Virus record (IMG/VR): IMGVR_UViG_3300021963_003887
Span: 1-64,000 of that record
Source: a virus
Taxonomy: Duplodnaviria > Caudoviricetes
DNA length: 64,000 bases
Direction: 5' to 3' (one strand)
Shown here: positions 27,498 to 38,200 of the stretch, one piece after another
Numbering within the stretch: the first letter of the stretch is position 1
How the letters are laid out: the number at the start of each line of letters is the position of its first letter
Notes under the pieces: generated by a model
Databases searched by the model: none
What the model was told of the DNA's origin: nothing
What the model saw: the letters and a program-made list of their open reading frames with translations, nothing else
Made by a program: the position numbers and the translations under genes

Positions 27498-28504
27498 AAG
27501 TCTCTGTAAATGTCCAACAATAATTTTTTGTCGTAGGAATCGCTTTCGATAGCATCGATCTGATTCATTACGATAGTATCAACAGATTCAAAATTAACGT
27601 CTATGGCCACAGCATTGCTTTCTACCTCTACTTTTTCGGGTATAAGCATAAGTTCTCTAAGATTATACTGAGGTATAAACTGTTCTTTGATAAAGTTAGC
27701 CTCTTCAAATGTGATAGGTAGATCTATAGTGACTCTACAGTGCATTTTTTCTTTAAGCAAAGAATCCGGGCTATCTATAATTTGGCTCAACTTGTAGGTT
27801 CTAAATGTAGGCTGATTAGGCCAAACACGATATTCGGGCTTGCTGCCCCATTCTAACATCATCATGCCTCTATCGTCATCACCGGCATCGGCATAATTAT
27901 GCGGAAAGGCATTACCAATGTAAGTGATGTTCCTGCTGGTTTGACGCTTATGGAAGTGTCCAGAGAATACATATTCTTGATTTACAAAATGTGTGCTCTG
28001 TAGTTGTCCATGGTCAGGCATCTGTACCATAGCATTCATGTAGAAATTTGGAAGCTCGAGGTGTCCAAAAATATAACGACTCTTGATCTTAGGAACCCGT
28101 TGCCATTCGTCGCCCACTAGCCACGGTAGAATAGTAACATCGCCTTCGGTAAATGGATCTCTAATGGGTACTACATTAGGAAACAATCTCATAAACTCTA
28201 TAGAGTTAATTTCACGTTTGTCTTTATAAAATAGATCGTGGTTTCCTAGAATAAAATATACTTTTTCAAAGTTTTGACTTAGTCGTTCTAGATTCGAAAC
28301 GGTATAGTTCATGGTACTAACATCAGTGGTCGCACGATTGTGATGCCAGTCGCCTAAAAATATAGCAGTTTCGCAACCTTCGTCCTTGGCAGTGTCGCAA
28401 AACCATTTGACAAATCCTTCACAATCGGCGTTATGCGTTCGACTGCCCGATTTTAATCCAAAATGTATATCTGTAAAACACGCTGCTTTTTTGAATAGAC
28501 TCAT
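27494..28504 (-). CDS. gp47: Recombination nuclease subunit (gp47/Mre11/SbcD)
   Basis: Phosphoesterase motifs DIHFG, LGDWHH, GNHD, GHLE, SGHFH. Confidence 0.95.
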   Translation of the reverse strand: MSLFKKAACFTDIHFGLKSGSRTHNADCEGFVKWFCDTAKDEGCETAIFLGDWHHNRATTDVSTMNYTVSNLERLSQNFEKVYFILGNHDLFYKDKREINSIEFMRLFPNVVPIRDPFTEGDVTILPWLVGDEWQRVPKIKSRYIFGHLELPNFYMNAMVQMPDHGQLQSTHFVNQEYVFSGHFHKRQTSRNITYIGNAFPHNYADAGDDDRGMMMLEWGSKPEYRVWPNQPTFRTYKLSQIIDSPDSLLKEKMHCRVTIDLPITFEEANFIKEQFIPQYNLRELMLIPEKVEVESNAVAIDVNFESVDTIVMNQIDAIESDSYDKKLLLDIYRDL

Positions 28505-28510
28505 AAAGTT

Positions 28511-28539
28511 ATTATACTATTTTTGTTATAAAAGATCAA
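28511..28539 (-). promoter_or_regulatory. Sigma70-type promoter for gp47 (leaderless)
   Basis: TTGATC (28534-39), 17 bp, TATAAT (28511-16), 6 nt, then ATG; no SD. Confidence 0.65.
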
Positions 28540-29390
28540 TCCCAATCACCGCCTTCGGTGGTAACTGGACCAGGAGCAGCAACGCCGCCCCCCCCGCCAC
28601 TGTTCTGTCTAGTCCAACTAGGATTCATTCCATTCATTTCAAGAATGTCGTCTCGAATGTTTTGATTGCGTTTCTCAATGTTGATAATTCTAACGAATGA
28701 GTTAGTAACAGCAGCGGTATAATAAGCAAAAGGATTATTAGATTTACTTTCATCGAATTGTAGTCCTATCTGAGTTAGTTGTAGAATAGCCTGCCCTTTC
28801 ATCTCATCGTTATAGGTATAACCACGAACGTTACCGCGGGTGGCATAGCGTTCGCAGAGTTTGATAAACATACGGGCTAGGTCATTGGTCATCTGACCGT
28901 GATCCTTACAGAACTCTCCGGAGTCAATGCCTCCCTTCCAATGACTTTTTCCAACACATATAAGATTGTTATTCTCGTCATATTTCCAGTGCTGGAACGG
29001 CGGAAAGTTAACCTTTTCATGGCTGTCTGCTCTAGATTTAACTGTCTTTTTACGACCCGGTGCTAAGGGTATATGATCAAAGGTCATGATCCTAAACACA
29101 AGATCGTGTTTGTTAATTTTTTTATAATCTATTTCTGAATCTTTAGCAGATGCTTTTTTATTAGTCTGTTGTGCTATTTCGTGTGCCTTCTTGCTTTCTT
29201 TGGCGGCCCTATTTCTTTTGGCTTCTGCTACGGTTCTTACATTTAGTTTGTCAAGATTGGGTATTATTAGATCATAATCTGAATATTCTGGACTGGTATA
29301 AAAACAAAATGTATTTTTACTTCTGTGTATTTCTGCTAGTAAATCCTTGTTTGTTAAGTACTTTACTTTTGGTGGTTGTATTATCGTCAT
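28536..29390 (-). CDS. gp55: Late-transcription sigma factor (gp55-like) with a large insertion
   Basis: YLTNKDLL, RGYTYNDEM, FDESKSNNPFAYYT...NSFVRIINIEK; gp55-gp47-gp46 synteny. Confidence 0.88.
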   Translation of the reverse strand: MTIIQPPKVKYLTNKDLLAEIHRSKNTFCFYTSPEYSDYDLIIPNLDKLNVRTVAEAKRNRAAKESKKAHEIAQQTNKKASAKDSEIDYKKINKHDLVFRIMTFDHIPLAPGRKKTVKSRADSHEKVNFPPFQHWKYDENNNLICVGKSHWKGGIDSGEFCKDHGQMTNDLARMFIKLCERYATRGNVRGYTYNDEMKGQAILQLTQIGLQFDESKSNNPFAYYTAAVTNSFVRIINIEKRNQNIRDDILEMNGMNPSWTRQNSGGGGGVAAPGPVTTEGGDWD

Positions 29391-29413
29391 CTATTGATTC
29401 CTCTGGAAATATA

Positions 29414-29424
29414 ATAATAGCACA
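29414..29424 (-). promoter_or_regulatory. Putative extended -10 promoter for gp55
   Basis: TGTG-C-TATTAT, 23 nt upstream of the ATG; SD GAGG present. Confidence 0.4.
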
Positions 29425-29435
29425 TTTTTAAGAAA

Positions 29436-29442
29436 ATAAATA
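29436..29442 (+). promoter_or_regulatory. Late promoter (ATAAATA) for the baseplate operon
   Basis: At the divergence point, 19 nt before the ATG at 29462. Confidence 0.7.
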
Positions 29443-29461
29443 GTCTAAAGGATACCAATTT

Positions 29462-30481
29462 ATGCCATTACCATTAAACACGGAAACTACTATCGGCGGA
29501 GTAGCGGTCGTTGTGAAGTCAGTTCCGGAGAAGTCATCGGGGCCAAATAGAGGCGGCCGTAGCGATACTCCCCAGAATGCTGCCGATCAGGCGGTAAGTG
29601 CTTATGCCGCCCCGGGCGGTAGTAATAGTTATAACAATAGGCCTAAGGGATTCAACATTCCTGATTTTAGCGGATTAGATAAGGCTTTAGGAATCCTAGG
29701 AACGGCAGCTGCTCTAATATCATCTGGAAAATCTGCGTATGAAAATGTTAAAGATCTAAAGTTTGATTTCGGTGCCTTATCGTATAACCGATTAACAACT
29801 ACCTCTGTACCAACCCTAAACCTGTGGTCTTCTGCGGTTGATCTCGGTGAAAGAAATACAACTAGACGCAGTGTTCTCGGCGACTCTCGTATACGGTTGA
29901 ATACTGATTTTACTGTTTTTAACGGCAATTCAGGAAATCCATACTTTAAACGGTTAATAGAAACCGGAGGTTTACTATTTCCCTATACCCCAAATATTTC
30001 TCTAACATACAAAGCTAATTATACAGGCACTGAAGGAATAGTTCATTCAAATTTTCCTTTTCAAGCATATAAAAATAGTCAGATCGAAGATATAACTATA
30101 CAAGGTGAATTTACAGTACAAAATGCTGCCGAAGGGCAATACTGGTTAGCAGCAAATCATTTCCTGCGTTCCGCTACTAAAATGTTTTATGGTAAATCAG
30201 TCCCTGCCGGATTTCCGCCAGTGGTGTGTACGTTAACTGGCTACGGGCCAGAAATGTTGCCTTCTCTGCCAGTGGTAGTTAAATCTTTTCAGGTAGACCT
30301 TAAAGATAACGTGCAGTATCTAACAGTTCCGTCATTGGTACAGGCTGGAGCAGGCGGAAACAACAGTGTTCCAATGCACAGTACTATAACAGTTATTCTT
30401 AGCCCTATGTACAATAGAGAACAAACACGAAGAGAATTTAATCTTGCTGATTACTCAGCAGGCAGATTAACAGGATTTTAA
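29462..30481 (+). CDS. Baseplate/tail-tube initiator-like protein (gp48/gp54-like)
   Basis: C-terminal tube-like domain GLLFPYTP.I...ITIQGEFT...FLRSATKMFYG...PPV..L.GYG...PVVVKSF; first gene of the baseplate operon. Confidence 0.6.
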   Translation: MPLPLNTETTIGGVAVVVKSVPEKSSGPNRGGRSDTPQNAADQAVSAYAAPGGSNSYNNRPKGFNIPDFSGLDKALGILGTAAALISSGKSAYENVKDLKFDFGALSYNRLTTTSVPTLNLWSSAVDLGERNTTRRSVLGDSRIRLNTDFTVFNGNSGNPYFKRLIETGGLLFPYTPNISLTYKANYTGTEGIVHSNFPFQAYKNSQIEDITIQGEFTVQNAAEGQYWLAANHFLRSATKMFYGKSVPAGFPPVVCTLTGYGPEMLPSLPVVVKSFQVDLKDNVQYLTVPSLVQAGAGGNNSVPMHSTITVILSPMYNREQTRREFNLADYSAGRLTGF

Positions 30482-30483
30482 TA

Positions 30484-30783
30484 ATGGCCAACTATAAAAA
30501 TACATCACCTTGGTTTAAGACTAGACAAAATTCTCTTTACCTAGACATCTTAAAGATTAGACCAGTACCGTCTAGCGACACTGATTTTACCTACATCATA
30601 GATACAAAATATAAACATAGGCCAGATCTACTGGCTTACGATCTTTATGGAACACCTAAGCTGTGGTGGGTATTTGTACAAAGAAACATGTCTATTATCA
30701 AAGATCCCATATATGATTTTGAACCGGGATTAGAAATAAAAATACCTCAAAAAAATAATCTAATGAATTATCTAGGAATATAA
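30484..30783 (+). CDS. gp53: Baseplate wedge protein (gp53-like, LysM-type)
   Basis: RPDLLAYDLYGTPKLWWVF..RN...DP.YDF.PG..IKIP. Confidence 0.8.
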   Translation: MANYKNTSPWFKTRQNSLYLDILKIRPVPSSDTDFTYIIDTKYKHRPDLLAYDLYGTPKLWWVFVQRNMSIIKDPIYDFEPGLEIKIPQKNNLMNYLGI

Positions 30784-30784
30784 G

Positions 30785-33127
30785 ATGGCTGATCAAGTTA
30801 CACCTGCTACTGCTTCGCCCCTAAATGCTGTAGTGGGGGGCACGTTGCCAGACCGGGCAATAGTTGACTTAAGAAAAGAACTAGACAGCGGTAGTCCTGC
30901 TAAAGAATTTGCCAATGTTGAAGATAATATTTTAAAATATTATACTAATGTTACTCCTGTTTTTACCTTAGCACCATTAACACCAACAAATTTAGATTCT
31001 TTGCAATCTAACGGAACGTTTGGTACTGCTTTACAAAATGTAGTGCTATCATCTGCTGGGCGATATGATGCTGAGCGGGTTACTACTTTTTATGGTTCGC
31101 CTGAATATTTTATCAACAACGTTGAAATTTACACGTTTGCTACCCCGACAAAAATATCTGGTCTCTCCGGCAACCTTACTATAAATTTTGATGTTCATGA
31201 GCCTTATAGCTTAGGCCTATTCATGCAGAGTTTACAAACCGCTGCTATCAAATCCGGATATACAAATTATGTAGAATGTGCTTGGTTATTAAGGATAGAA
31301 TTTCTTGGATATACGCCTAATACTTTTAAACAACAGATAATCCCAGGTACAACTAGAGATTATCCAATAAAATTACAACAAATACAGTTCACGTCTAACG
31401 AAGGCGGCAGCAAGTATACTGTGAGATGTTTAGATTTTAATCTTGAAGCATTTAATAATGTATATGGAAGTGTGGAAGGTAGTATAACAGTTGAAGGCAG
31501 CACTGTTGGAGAAGTTCTTGCGGATTTAACTAAAAAACTAAACGAGGCACAACTAAAATTAAAAGACAGTAAATTAATACTTAATGAGGATACGTATAAA
31601 ATTATAGTATCCGGAGCCGAACCAGATAAAATTTTAAAATCTAAATTTGTTAACGCAGACGGACAACCTGCCGAGCGTGGATCAAACAGTACTAATGTTA
31701 AAAACGAATCTGAAGATAGGAATCAAAAACAAGGAGGAAAACGAAGTTTTTCTTTTCCTGCCTTAGAAGGTCGCCCTCGAAAAATTGAAGACATTATTAA
31801 AGAAATAATGAAAACTTCTGAGTACTGTGTTAATGCTCTAAAAAATATTCCAAAGGATGGTTATGTTGTTTGGTACAGGCCTTCAGCAAAATTAAAATAT
31901 AAAGGTCAAAAATTTCAGTTAGATACTGTGCAAAACAGACCGGCATACGACATAGAATATTATATTAGGCCTTACAGAGCTCATCATTCAAATTGGAAAC
32001 TGCCTTCAGACGAAACCAAAGGATTCGCCCCCGACGATATCCCTGCCCAAATTAAAAAGAAATATGATTATCTGTACACCGGACAAAATGATGATATTAT
32101 TCGTTGGGAACTAAAATTTGACAATACTTTTTATACTGCTATGTCAGCTCAAGGATATAATAGTCAACGAGGAGCCATCGACAGCGACGGAAAAACTATC
32201 AAACCTGAAGACATAGGAGGAAACGAACCTGGCACTAATGTCAAAGGGTTAACTTTAGAAACCCATGCAGGAAGAATGTTAAGAGATAAAAGATCATCTT
32301 ATAGTGCTCCACAGGGCGGAGGCACCAAAGATACAGCAGAAATAAGAGTAGCCAGGGCCTTTGAACAGGCCATGTTGTTAGATACAGAAATGATAATGTT
32401 AGATCTCACTATACTAGGTGACCCATACTATCTAACTAAATCTGGAGTTTTTATAGACAATGTAGCACCAGTAGCAGCAGGTGCCCAGATCAATAGTGAC
32501 GGAACGATGGCCAGCGAAGAAGTTGAAATTCGACTTTATCTAAGATTTAAAAGTCCAATTGATGCTCCTCGTACTGGAAGGTCGCTGTTCCTATTTCCAG
32601 CAGCTGGTTTTACAGATAGTCCTTACAGCGGCTTGTTTAGAATCAGAACAGTTAAAAGTAAATTTGTTGATGGCGTTTTTACACAAGAATTAAATTTATT
32701 TAGAGATCGAGGACAACAACCTGAAGAATTAATTAATCAGAAATCAGATCCATTCTTACAAAGTCCAGGACTATCACCTACTCCTGATCCTAATAGGGCT
32801 CAGGTAAAAGCAACCACAGCAGCAGCATCAGCCGCTCCGGCTATCATAAACGCTCCAGAAGTATCTGCCTCACCTGCGGCCGCTCCTAATGCTAAGGTTG
32901 ACGTTACAACAGGCAACGTAACTGTTACCGAATCAGCTACCGTGAAGGTAGAGACATTCCCAGTACCCTCAGATACAATTGAAATTACTAATCAATGGAG
33001 AGCTTCAGACTTATCAAATAAACCTCCATTTGAGGGTTTTAAGAAAACCGGCCCTAACGTTCAAAAAATCGAGGTTACCCCTGAAATACGAGATGCTTTA
33101 GATGCCGTAGAGAACAAAACAGATTAA
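30785..33127 (+). CDS. Baseplate hub protein (gp27/gpD-like)
   Basis: Lies between the gp53- and gp5-like genes; LTILGDP...YSGLFRIRTVKSKF..G.FTQEL.L.R is typical of hub C-termini; Ala/Pro-rich tail. Confidence 0.6.
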   Translation: MADQVTPATASPLNAVVGGTLPDRAIVDLRKELDSGSPAKEFANVEDNILKYYTNVTPVFTLAPLTPTNLDSLQSNGTFGTALQNVVLSSAGRYDAERVTTFYGSPEYFINNVEIYTFATPTKISGLSGNLTINFDVHEPYSLGLFMQSLQTAAIKSGYTNYVECAWLLRIEFLGYTPNTFKQQIIPGTTRDYPIKLQQIQFTSNEGGSKYTVRCLDFNLEAFNNVYGSVEGSITVEGSTVGEVLADLTKKLNEAQLKLKDSKLILNEDTYKIIVSGAEPDKILKSKFVNADGQPAERGSNSTNVKNESEDRNQKQGGKRSFSFPALEGRPRKIEDIIKEIMKTSEYCVNALKNIPKDGYVVWYRPSAKLKYKGQKFQLDTVQNRPAYDIEYYIRPYRAHHSNWKLPSDETKGFAPDDIPAQIKKKYDYLYTGQNDDIIRWELKFDNTFYTAMSAQGYNSQRGAIDSDGKTIKPEDIGGNEPGTNVKGLTLETHAGRMLRDKRSSYSAPQGGGTKDTAEIRVARAFEQAMLLDTEMIMLDLTILGDPYYLTKSGVFIDNVAPVAAGAQINSDGTMASEEVEIRLYLRFKSPIDAPRTGRSLFLFPAAGFTDSPYSGLFRIRTVKSKFVDGVFTQELNLFRDRGQQPEELINQKSDPFLQSPGLSPTPDPNRAQVKATTAAASAAPAIINAPEVSASPAAAPNAKVDVTTGNVTVTESATVKVETFPVPSDTIEITNQWRASDLSNKPPFEGFKKTGPNVQKIEVTPEIRDALDAVENKTD

Positions 33128-33148
33128 TTAGCAAACTAGGAAATAATA

Positions 33149-34786
33149 ATGGCACAGACGCATAGATTAAATGAAGAACGATATCAAGAACAGAGATCGC
33201 TAGGAATCCGTTTAGCCAAAGTAGTCGCTCATAAAGATCCAAATTTTATGGGGAGACTAACGGTTACTCTAGTTACTACGGATTCTGATCCAATAGGTCT
33301 AGAAGGTCAAACAGTAGATGTATATTATTGTCCTCCATTTTTTGGCTCTACAAATTATGTTTTTAACGGCTCTAACACCGGCAACGAAAACGCATTCAAT
33401 GACACACAAAAATCTTACGGGATGAGTTTTATTCCGCCAGATATTGGAGTAACTGTGTTGTGTGTATTTGAATCAGAAACTGGCAAAGGATTTTGGGTAG
33501 GCTGTGTTCCTGATACTTATATGAACAATATGGTCCCCGCTATAGCCGCTTCGTCGGCAGTCGATCTCTCACCGAGCCAAAAAGAAGATTTTGGAAATAT
33601 TCCGCTTCCTGTAGCAGAATACAATAGGGCAATACAAAGAAAAGAAAGCCCCGACGAAACTAAAAAGCCTGTTCACCCTATAGCAGGATTTATGTTAGAA
33701 CAGGGACTAATCGAAGACGATATACGCGGTAGAACTTCATCTACTATGCGAAGAAATCAAACACCGTCTGTGTTTGGTATATCAACTCCGGGGCCTTTAG
33801 ACAAGCGTCCGGGTGCTAAAAGAATGCCTACCGGAACTTCCGATGATAAGACTAAACCTATACCAGTAAGCAGAGTGGGCGGCACACAATTTGTTATGGA
33901 TGACGGGGACGACAGATTTGTAAGAAAGACGCCAGCAGCAGAAGGTCCTCCAGAATATGCTAATGTTCTTAAAGGGGAAAAGGGCGATGTTAGGATTCCT
34001 ATCAGCGAATATTTTAGAGTAAGAACACGAACCGGTCATCAGATACTATTACATAACTCTGAAGATTTAATTTATATAGGAAATTCAAGAGGAACATCTT
34101 GGATTGAATTAACTAGTAATGGAAAAATTGATATCTTTGCGGCAGATAGTGTGAGTATTCATACTCAAGGAGATTTTAATTTTAGAGCAGATAGAGACAT
34201 TAATTTAGAAGCTGGGCGTAATATTAATGTCCGTGCCGAAAAGAATTACACTCAAGATATTGAAAAAGCGTTTTCATCATATATTGGCGGTACTGTTAAC
34301 AATTATGTTGGCGGAGAAATACAAAATGTTTTCAACGGATCATTATTACAAACAGTAGAGGGAAGCCTAGAATTATCTGTCGGTGCTGATCAAAAAATCT
34401 TAGTTGCTGGTAATAGTCATCTAACAGCCGGTACAAGTATATTTTCGACAGCAGGAACTGACAGTCATTTTTTAAGCGGTAGTAAACATGTACAATATGC
34501 TGAACGCATAGAAATTAAATGTGATCCTGCTACTCCCGCAGAATCTCCAACATTGGCAGAGAGTATTGTAAAAGAAGAAAGAATAAAACTTCATCCTAAC
34601 GAAGTAGTTGATGCTTCGCAAAAATATGCTCAAACAAGATATCAATCATTTAATCTGATACAAAGCATAATGAAACGTATGCCTATGCACGAGCCATGGT
34701 ACAAACATGAAAATGTAAATCCTCAAGAGAGTGCGTTAGAAAAGACCGATAGAGAAACTCGTCAAGCTCTTCCACCTGCCACATAA
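33149..34786 (+). CDS. gp5: Baseplate central spike (gp5/VgrG-like) without a lysozyme domain
   Basis: OB-fold DP..MGRL.V...PPDIGVTVLCVF...GFWVGC, RTRTGHQILL, and 8-residue beta-helix repeats. Confidence 0.8.
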   Translation: MAQTHRLNEERYQEQRSLGIRLAKVVAHKDPNFMGRLTVTLVTTDSDPIGLEGQTVDVYYCPPFFGSTNYVFNGSNTGNENAFNDTQKSYGMSFIPPDIGVTVLCVFESETGKGFWVGCVPDTYMNNMVPAIAASSAVDLSPSQKEDFGNIPLPVAEYNRAIQRKESPDETKKPVHPIAGFMLEQGLIEDDIRGRTSSTMRRNQTPSVFGISTPGPLDKRPGAKRMPTGTSDDKTKPIPVSRVGGTQFVMDDGDDRFVRKTPAAEGPPEYANVLKGEKGDVRIPISEYFRVRTRTGHQILLHNSEDLIYIGNSRGTSWIELTSNGKIDIFAADSVSIHTQGDFNFRADRDINLEAGRNINVRAEKNYTQDIEKAFSSYIGGTVNNYVGGEIQNVFNGSLLQTVEGSLELSVGADQKILVAGNSHLTAGTSIFSTAGTDSHFLSGSKHVQYAERIEIKCDPATPAESPTLAESIVKEERIKLHPNEVVDASQKYAQTRYQSFNLIQSIMKRMPMHEPWYKHENVNPQESALEKTDRETRQALPPAT

Positions 34787-34800
34787 AATAAGGAATAAAA

Positions 34801-35241
34801 ATGTCTAATAAAATTTATAATGTAAAAAAAGTTGAGTCTATCAAGGCATCAACTGGGGACGATAGAATCAGCGGAGGTATTGCGTACAGAGGATTTAGTA
34901 GTAAAGCTATCCGACAAAAATTTAAATTATATGATATAGATCTTGTTAAACAAGATATTATGAACGCCTTTAATATTAAAAAAGGCGAAAAGATGGAAAA
35001 TCCAGAATTTGGAACTGTAATTTGGTCTATGATATACGAACCAATGAATGACAATAATATCAGGATGATAGAGGATGATGTTATAAGAATACTTAGAGCA
35101 GATCCTAGAATTGAAGTTAAAAGTGTAGCAGTTGTTCCTAACGAGCAAGGAATAAGAATTGAAGCCGATCTTAAGTATGTAGAATTTGATATTACAGAAG
35201 AAATGTTTATTGCTTTTAATCGAAACGATATTCCGAGATAA
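34801..35241 (+). CDS. gp25: Baseplate wedge/sheath initiator (gp25-like)
   Basis: D..LVKQDI.N.F...KGEK..NPEFG..IW..IYEP...DPRI. Confidence 0.88.
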   Translation: MSNKIYNVKKVESIKASTGDDRISGGIAYRGFSSKAIRQKFKLYDIDLVKQDIMNAFNIKKGEKMENPEFGTVIWSMIYEPMNDNNIRMIEDDVIRILRADPRIEVKSVAVVPNEQGIRIEADLKYVEFDITEEMFIAFNRNDIPR

Positions 35242-35262
35242 TATGCGTACATTTTAAAAAAA

Positions 35263-35269
35263 ATAAATA
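35263..35269 (+). promoter_or_regulatory. Late promoter (ATAAATA)
   Basis: Intergenic, 18 nt before the gp6 ATG. Confidence 0.7.
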
Positions 35270-35287
35270 TTATACAGGACACATTAG

Positions 35288-38200
35288 ATGACTACAACTA
35301 CTAGACAAAATAACTTAATTTTAGCTGAAGACTGGACTAGAATTTATCAAACTTTCCGTAATGCGGATTTTCAAAGTTATGATTTTGAAAATCTTCGCAG
35401 GGTAATGATTAACTATATCAAAGAAAATTATCCAGAAGATTTCAACGATTTTATAGAAAGTTCTGAATACGTGGCATTAATAGATCTGATAGCTTTTCTA
35501 GGGCAGAGTCTAGCATTTAGGATCGACTTAAACAGTAGAGAAAATTTCATTGAACTAGCTGATAGAAAAGAAAGTGTATTGCGTCTAGCTAGAATGCTGT
35601 CTTATAATGCTAGGAGAAACAAATCTGCTTCAGGGTTGTTGAAATTTGAATCTGTTTCAACAACAGAAGGACTAGTCGACAGCAATGGAACAAACCTATC
35701 TAATCAAATTATTGTATGGAATGATCCAGCAAACTCTAATTGGTATGAACAATTTATATCAATTTTAAACGCTGCTATGATACCAAACGTTGAGTTTGGA
35801 AAAGAACAATCAAATAAAATTATAGACGGAATTAGGACAGAGCAGTATAGACTCAATTCTTTTAGTACCGGGTTGCCAATATTTTCTTTCAGCAAATCTG
35901 TAGCCGGCAGATCTATGGGGTTTGAATTAGTTAGTACAGGACTAGCTGAGTCTAGAGATTTTATATTTGAAGAAGCACCAGTTCCGAGCCGACAAGTGGG
36001 ATTTATTTATAGACAAGACGGTAAAGGCACAGCAAGTAATAATACTGGATTCTTTATGATGTTTAAACAAGGAACATTAGAAAGTGCAGATTTTAGTATA
36101 TCTCGCCCAACCCCAAATGAAATAGTTTCTATCACTACCCAAAATATTAATAATGATGATGTATGGTTATATTCTATTGATGGTTCAAGTAATATTACAA
36201 ATGTCTGGACAGAAGTTTCATCAGTTGCCGGAAACAACATTGTTTTTAATAGTTTAAGTAATAATCAAAGAAATGTATATTCAGTAATTACACAGGCCAA
36301 CGATGCTGTAGATTTACAATTCTCAGATGGTGCGTATGGAAAATTGCCTCAAGGAACTTTTAGATTTTATTATAGAGTAAGCAACGGTCAAAGTTATGTT
36401 GTAAATCCTTCAGAAATGAAGGCAATCACTATATCAGTTCCTTACATTAATAAACGAGGAACCCAACACAGCTTATCGATAACTTTAAGTTTAGAATATA
36501 CTGTCGACAATGCGTCATCGTCAGAAACTATAGATTCTATTAGATCTAAAGCCCCTGCTGTGTACTACACTCAAAATAGGATGATTACTGGAGAAGATTA
36601 TAATATTGCTCCATTATCAAGTTCGCAAGAAGTAATAAAAGTCAAAGCTATCAATAGAACTAGCAGCGGCATTAGCAGAAATTTTGACATCATTGATGCT
36701 TCTGGAAAATATTCTAAAATAAACATTTTTGCCGATGACGGATTAATTTATAGAAAAGATGAAGAAAGATATTATTCTTTCAAATATACTAATTCTGCTA
36801 CAGTTTTAAATTTTATACGAAATATAGTTCAGCCTGCTTTAAGCTCTTTTCAGACATATAATTTTTATCTTACAAATTTTGATAAAATTTTTACAGCCGA
36901 CGTGAATGTTAAGTGGATTAAATCTACCACAGAGGAAAACGCATCGACTGGATATTTTGGAAACGTATTTGATTCATTTCCTATTAAAATCGGATCTTAT
37001 ACAAGCAGTAATTTAAAATATATAGAGCTAGGAAGCCTTATTAAATTTATTCCTCCTTCAGCAGACAAAGCATTTTATAACGGAGAAATAGTTAATTATG
37101 ATCCTTCAAATGCTAACCATAAGAAATTTATATGGACTAAAGTTGTTAAATTAATAGGCGACGGAACCAATGCCGGAAAGGGAAATCTAAGCTCAGGTAA
37201 AGGGCCTATAACCTACAGTGAAAATATTCCTACAGGATCTTTGCCTAGTCAGGTAGTATCTAAATTTGTAACGACATTGCCGACAGATATTGAAAATGAA
37301 ATTTTAAATCTAACATTTAGTTCCGAAACATTTGGTTTAAGATATGATGTATTAGATGGTATGTGGAAAGTAATAAGCTCTACAAACATTGATTTAGAAA
37401 ATGATTTTAATTTAGGACAAGCTGGTAATACTAGCAACGAAGCTGTTGATACATCGTGGATTGTAGCATTTGTCTATGACGGCGACGAATATAGGGTTAG
37501 AGTAAGAGGCACGGAATATATTTTTTCTAGTATTCTGCAAAATAGATTTTATTTTGACAGGGGAGAAAAAGTATACGATAGTCGTGCTAGAACTGTAATT
37601 AAAGACCAAGTTAAAGTATTGGCTATTAATACTTCGCCTTTAAGTTCTGTATTAAGCAATACAGAAATAGCCAACGCAATAGTAAATTTAAGACAGGTAA
37701 ATCCTCTATTTTCCGTATCAGAAGTATTGGCAATAGTAGATAGACAGCAAACACTAAAAGATGATATATCTTTTGAGATAGCCGATTCTGTGAGATTTCA
37801 AGACGGGTACAAGAGCTCCGATTCTGTTAAAATATCATTTTATGATAGCGACAACGACGGAGTTATAGACAATCCTGATTCATTTGATGAAATAGTAGGA
37901 TCTAATATCAATAACAAATATGTGTTTTTCCAACAAGTTCAAGATGAAAACGGATTCGATATCTTTAATTATATTCCAAATGTTAACAACAAGTTTATTA
38001 TTATAGACAAAGAAGTTAACGCTAACGTTAATGATTACGAACATAATCAATTAATTTATTTTTATGATAGGGCTGAAAATTTAATTAAAAAAGTTGATCT
38101 TATAACTCGTTCTTTTGTTCTAGAACCTAGTTATGTAGGATATATTGGTAGGGATAACTTAAAATTTCAATACATTCATAATGCCAGTGAAAATAGAAGA

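Noticed and set aside
28586-28600. C-run as a phase-variable tract
   Set aside because: It is short and encodes a Gly linker near the gp55 C-terminus with the frame intact.
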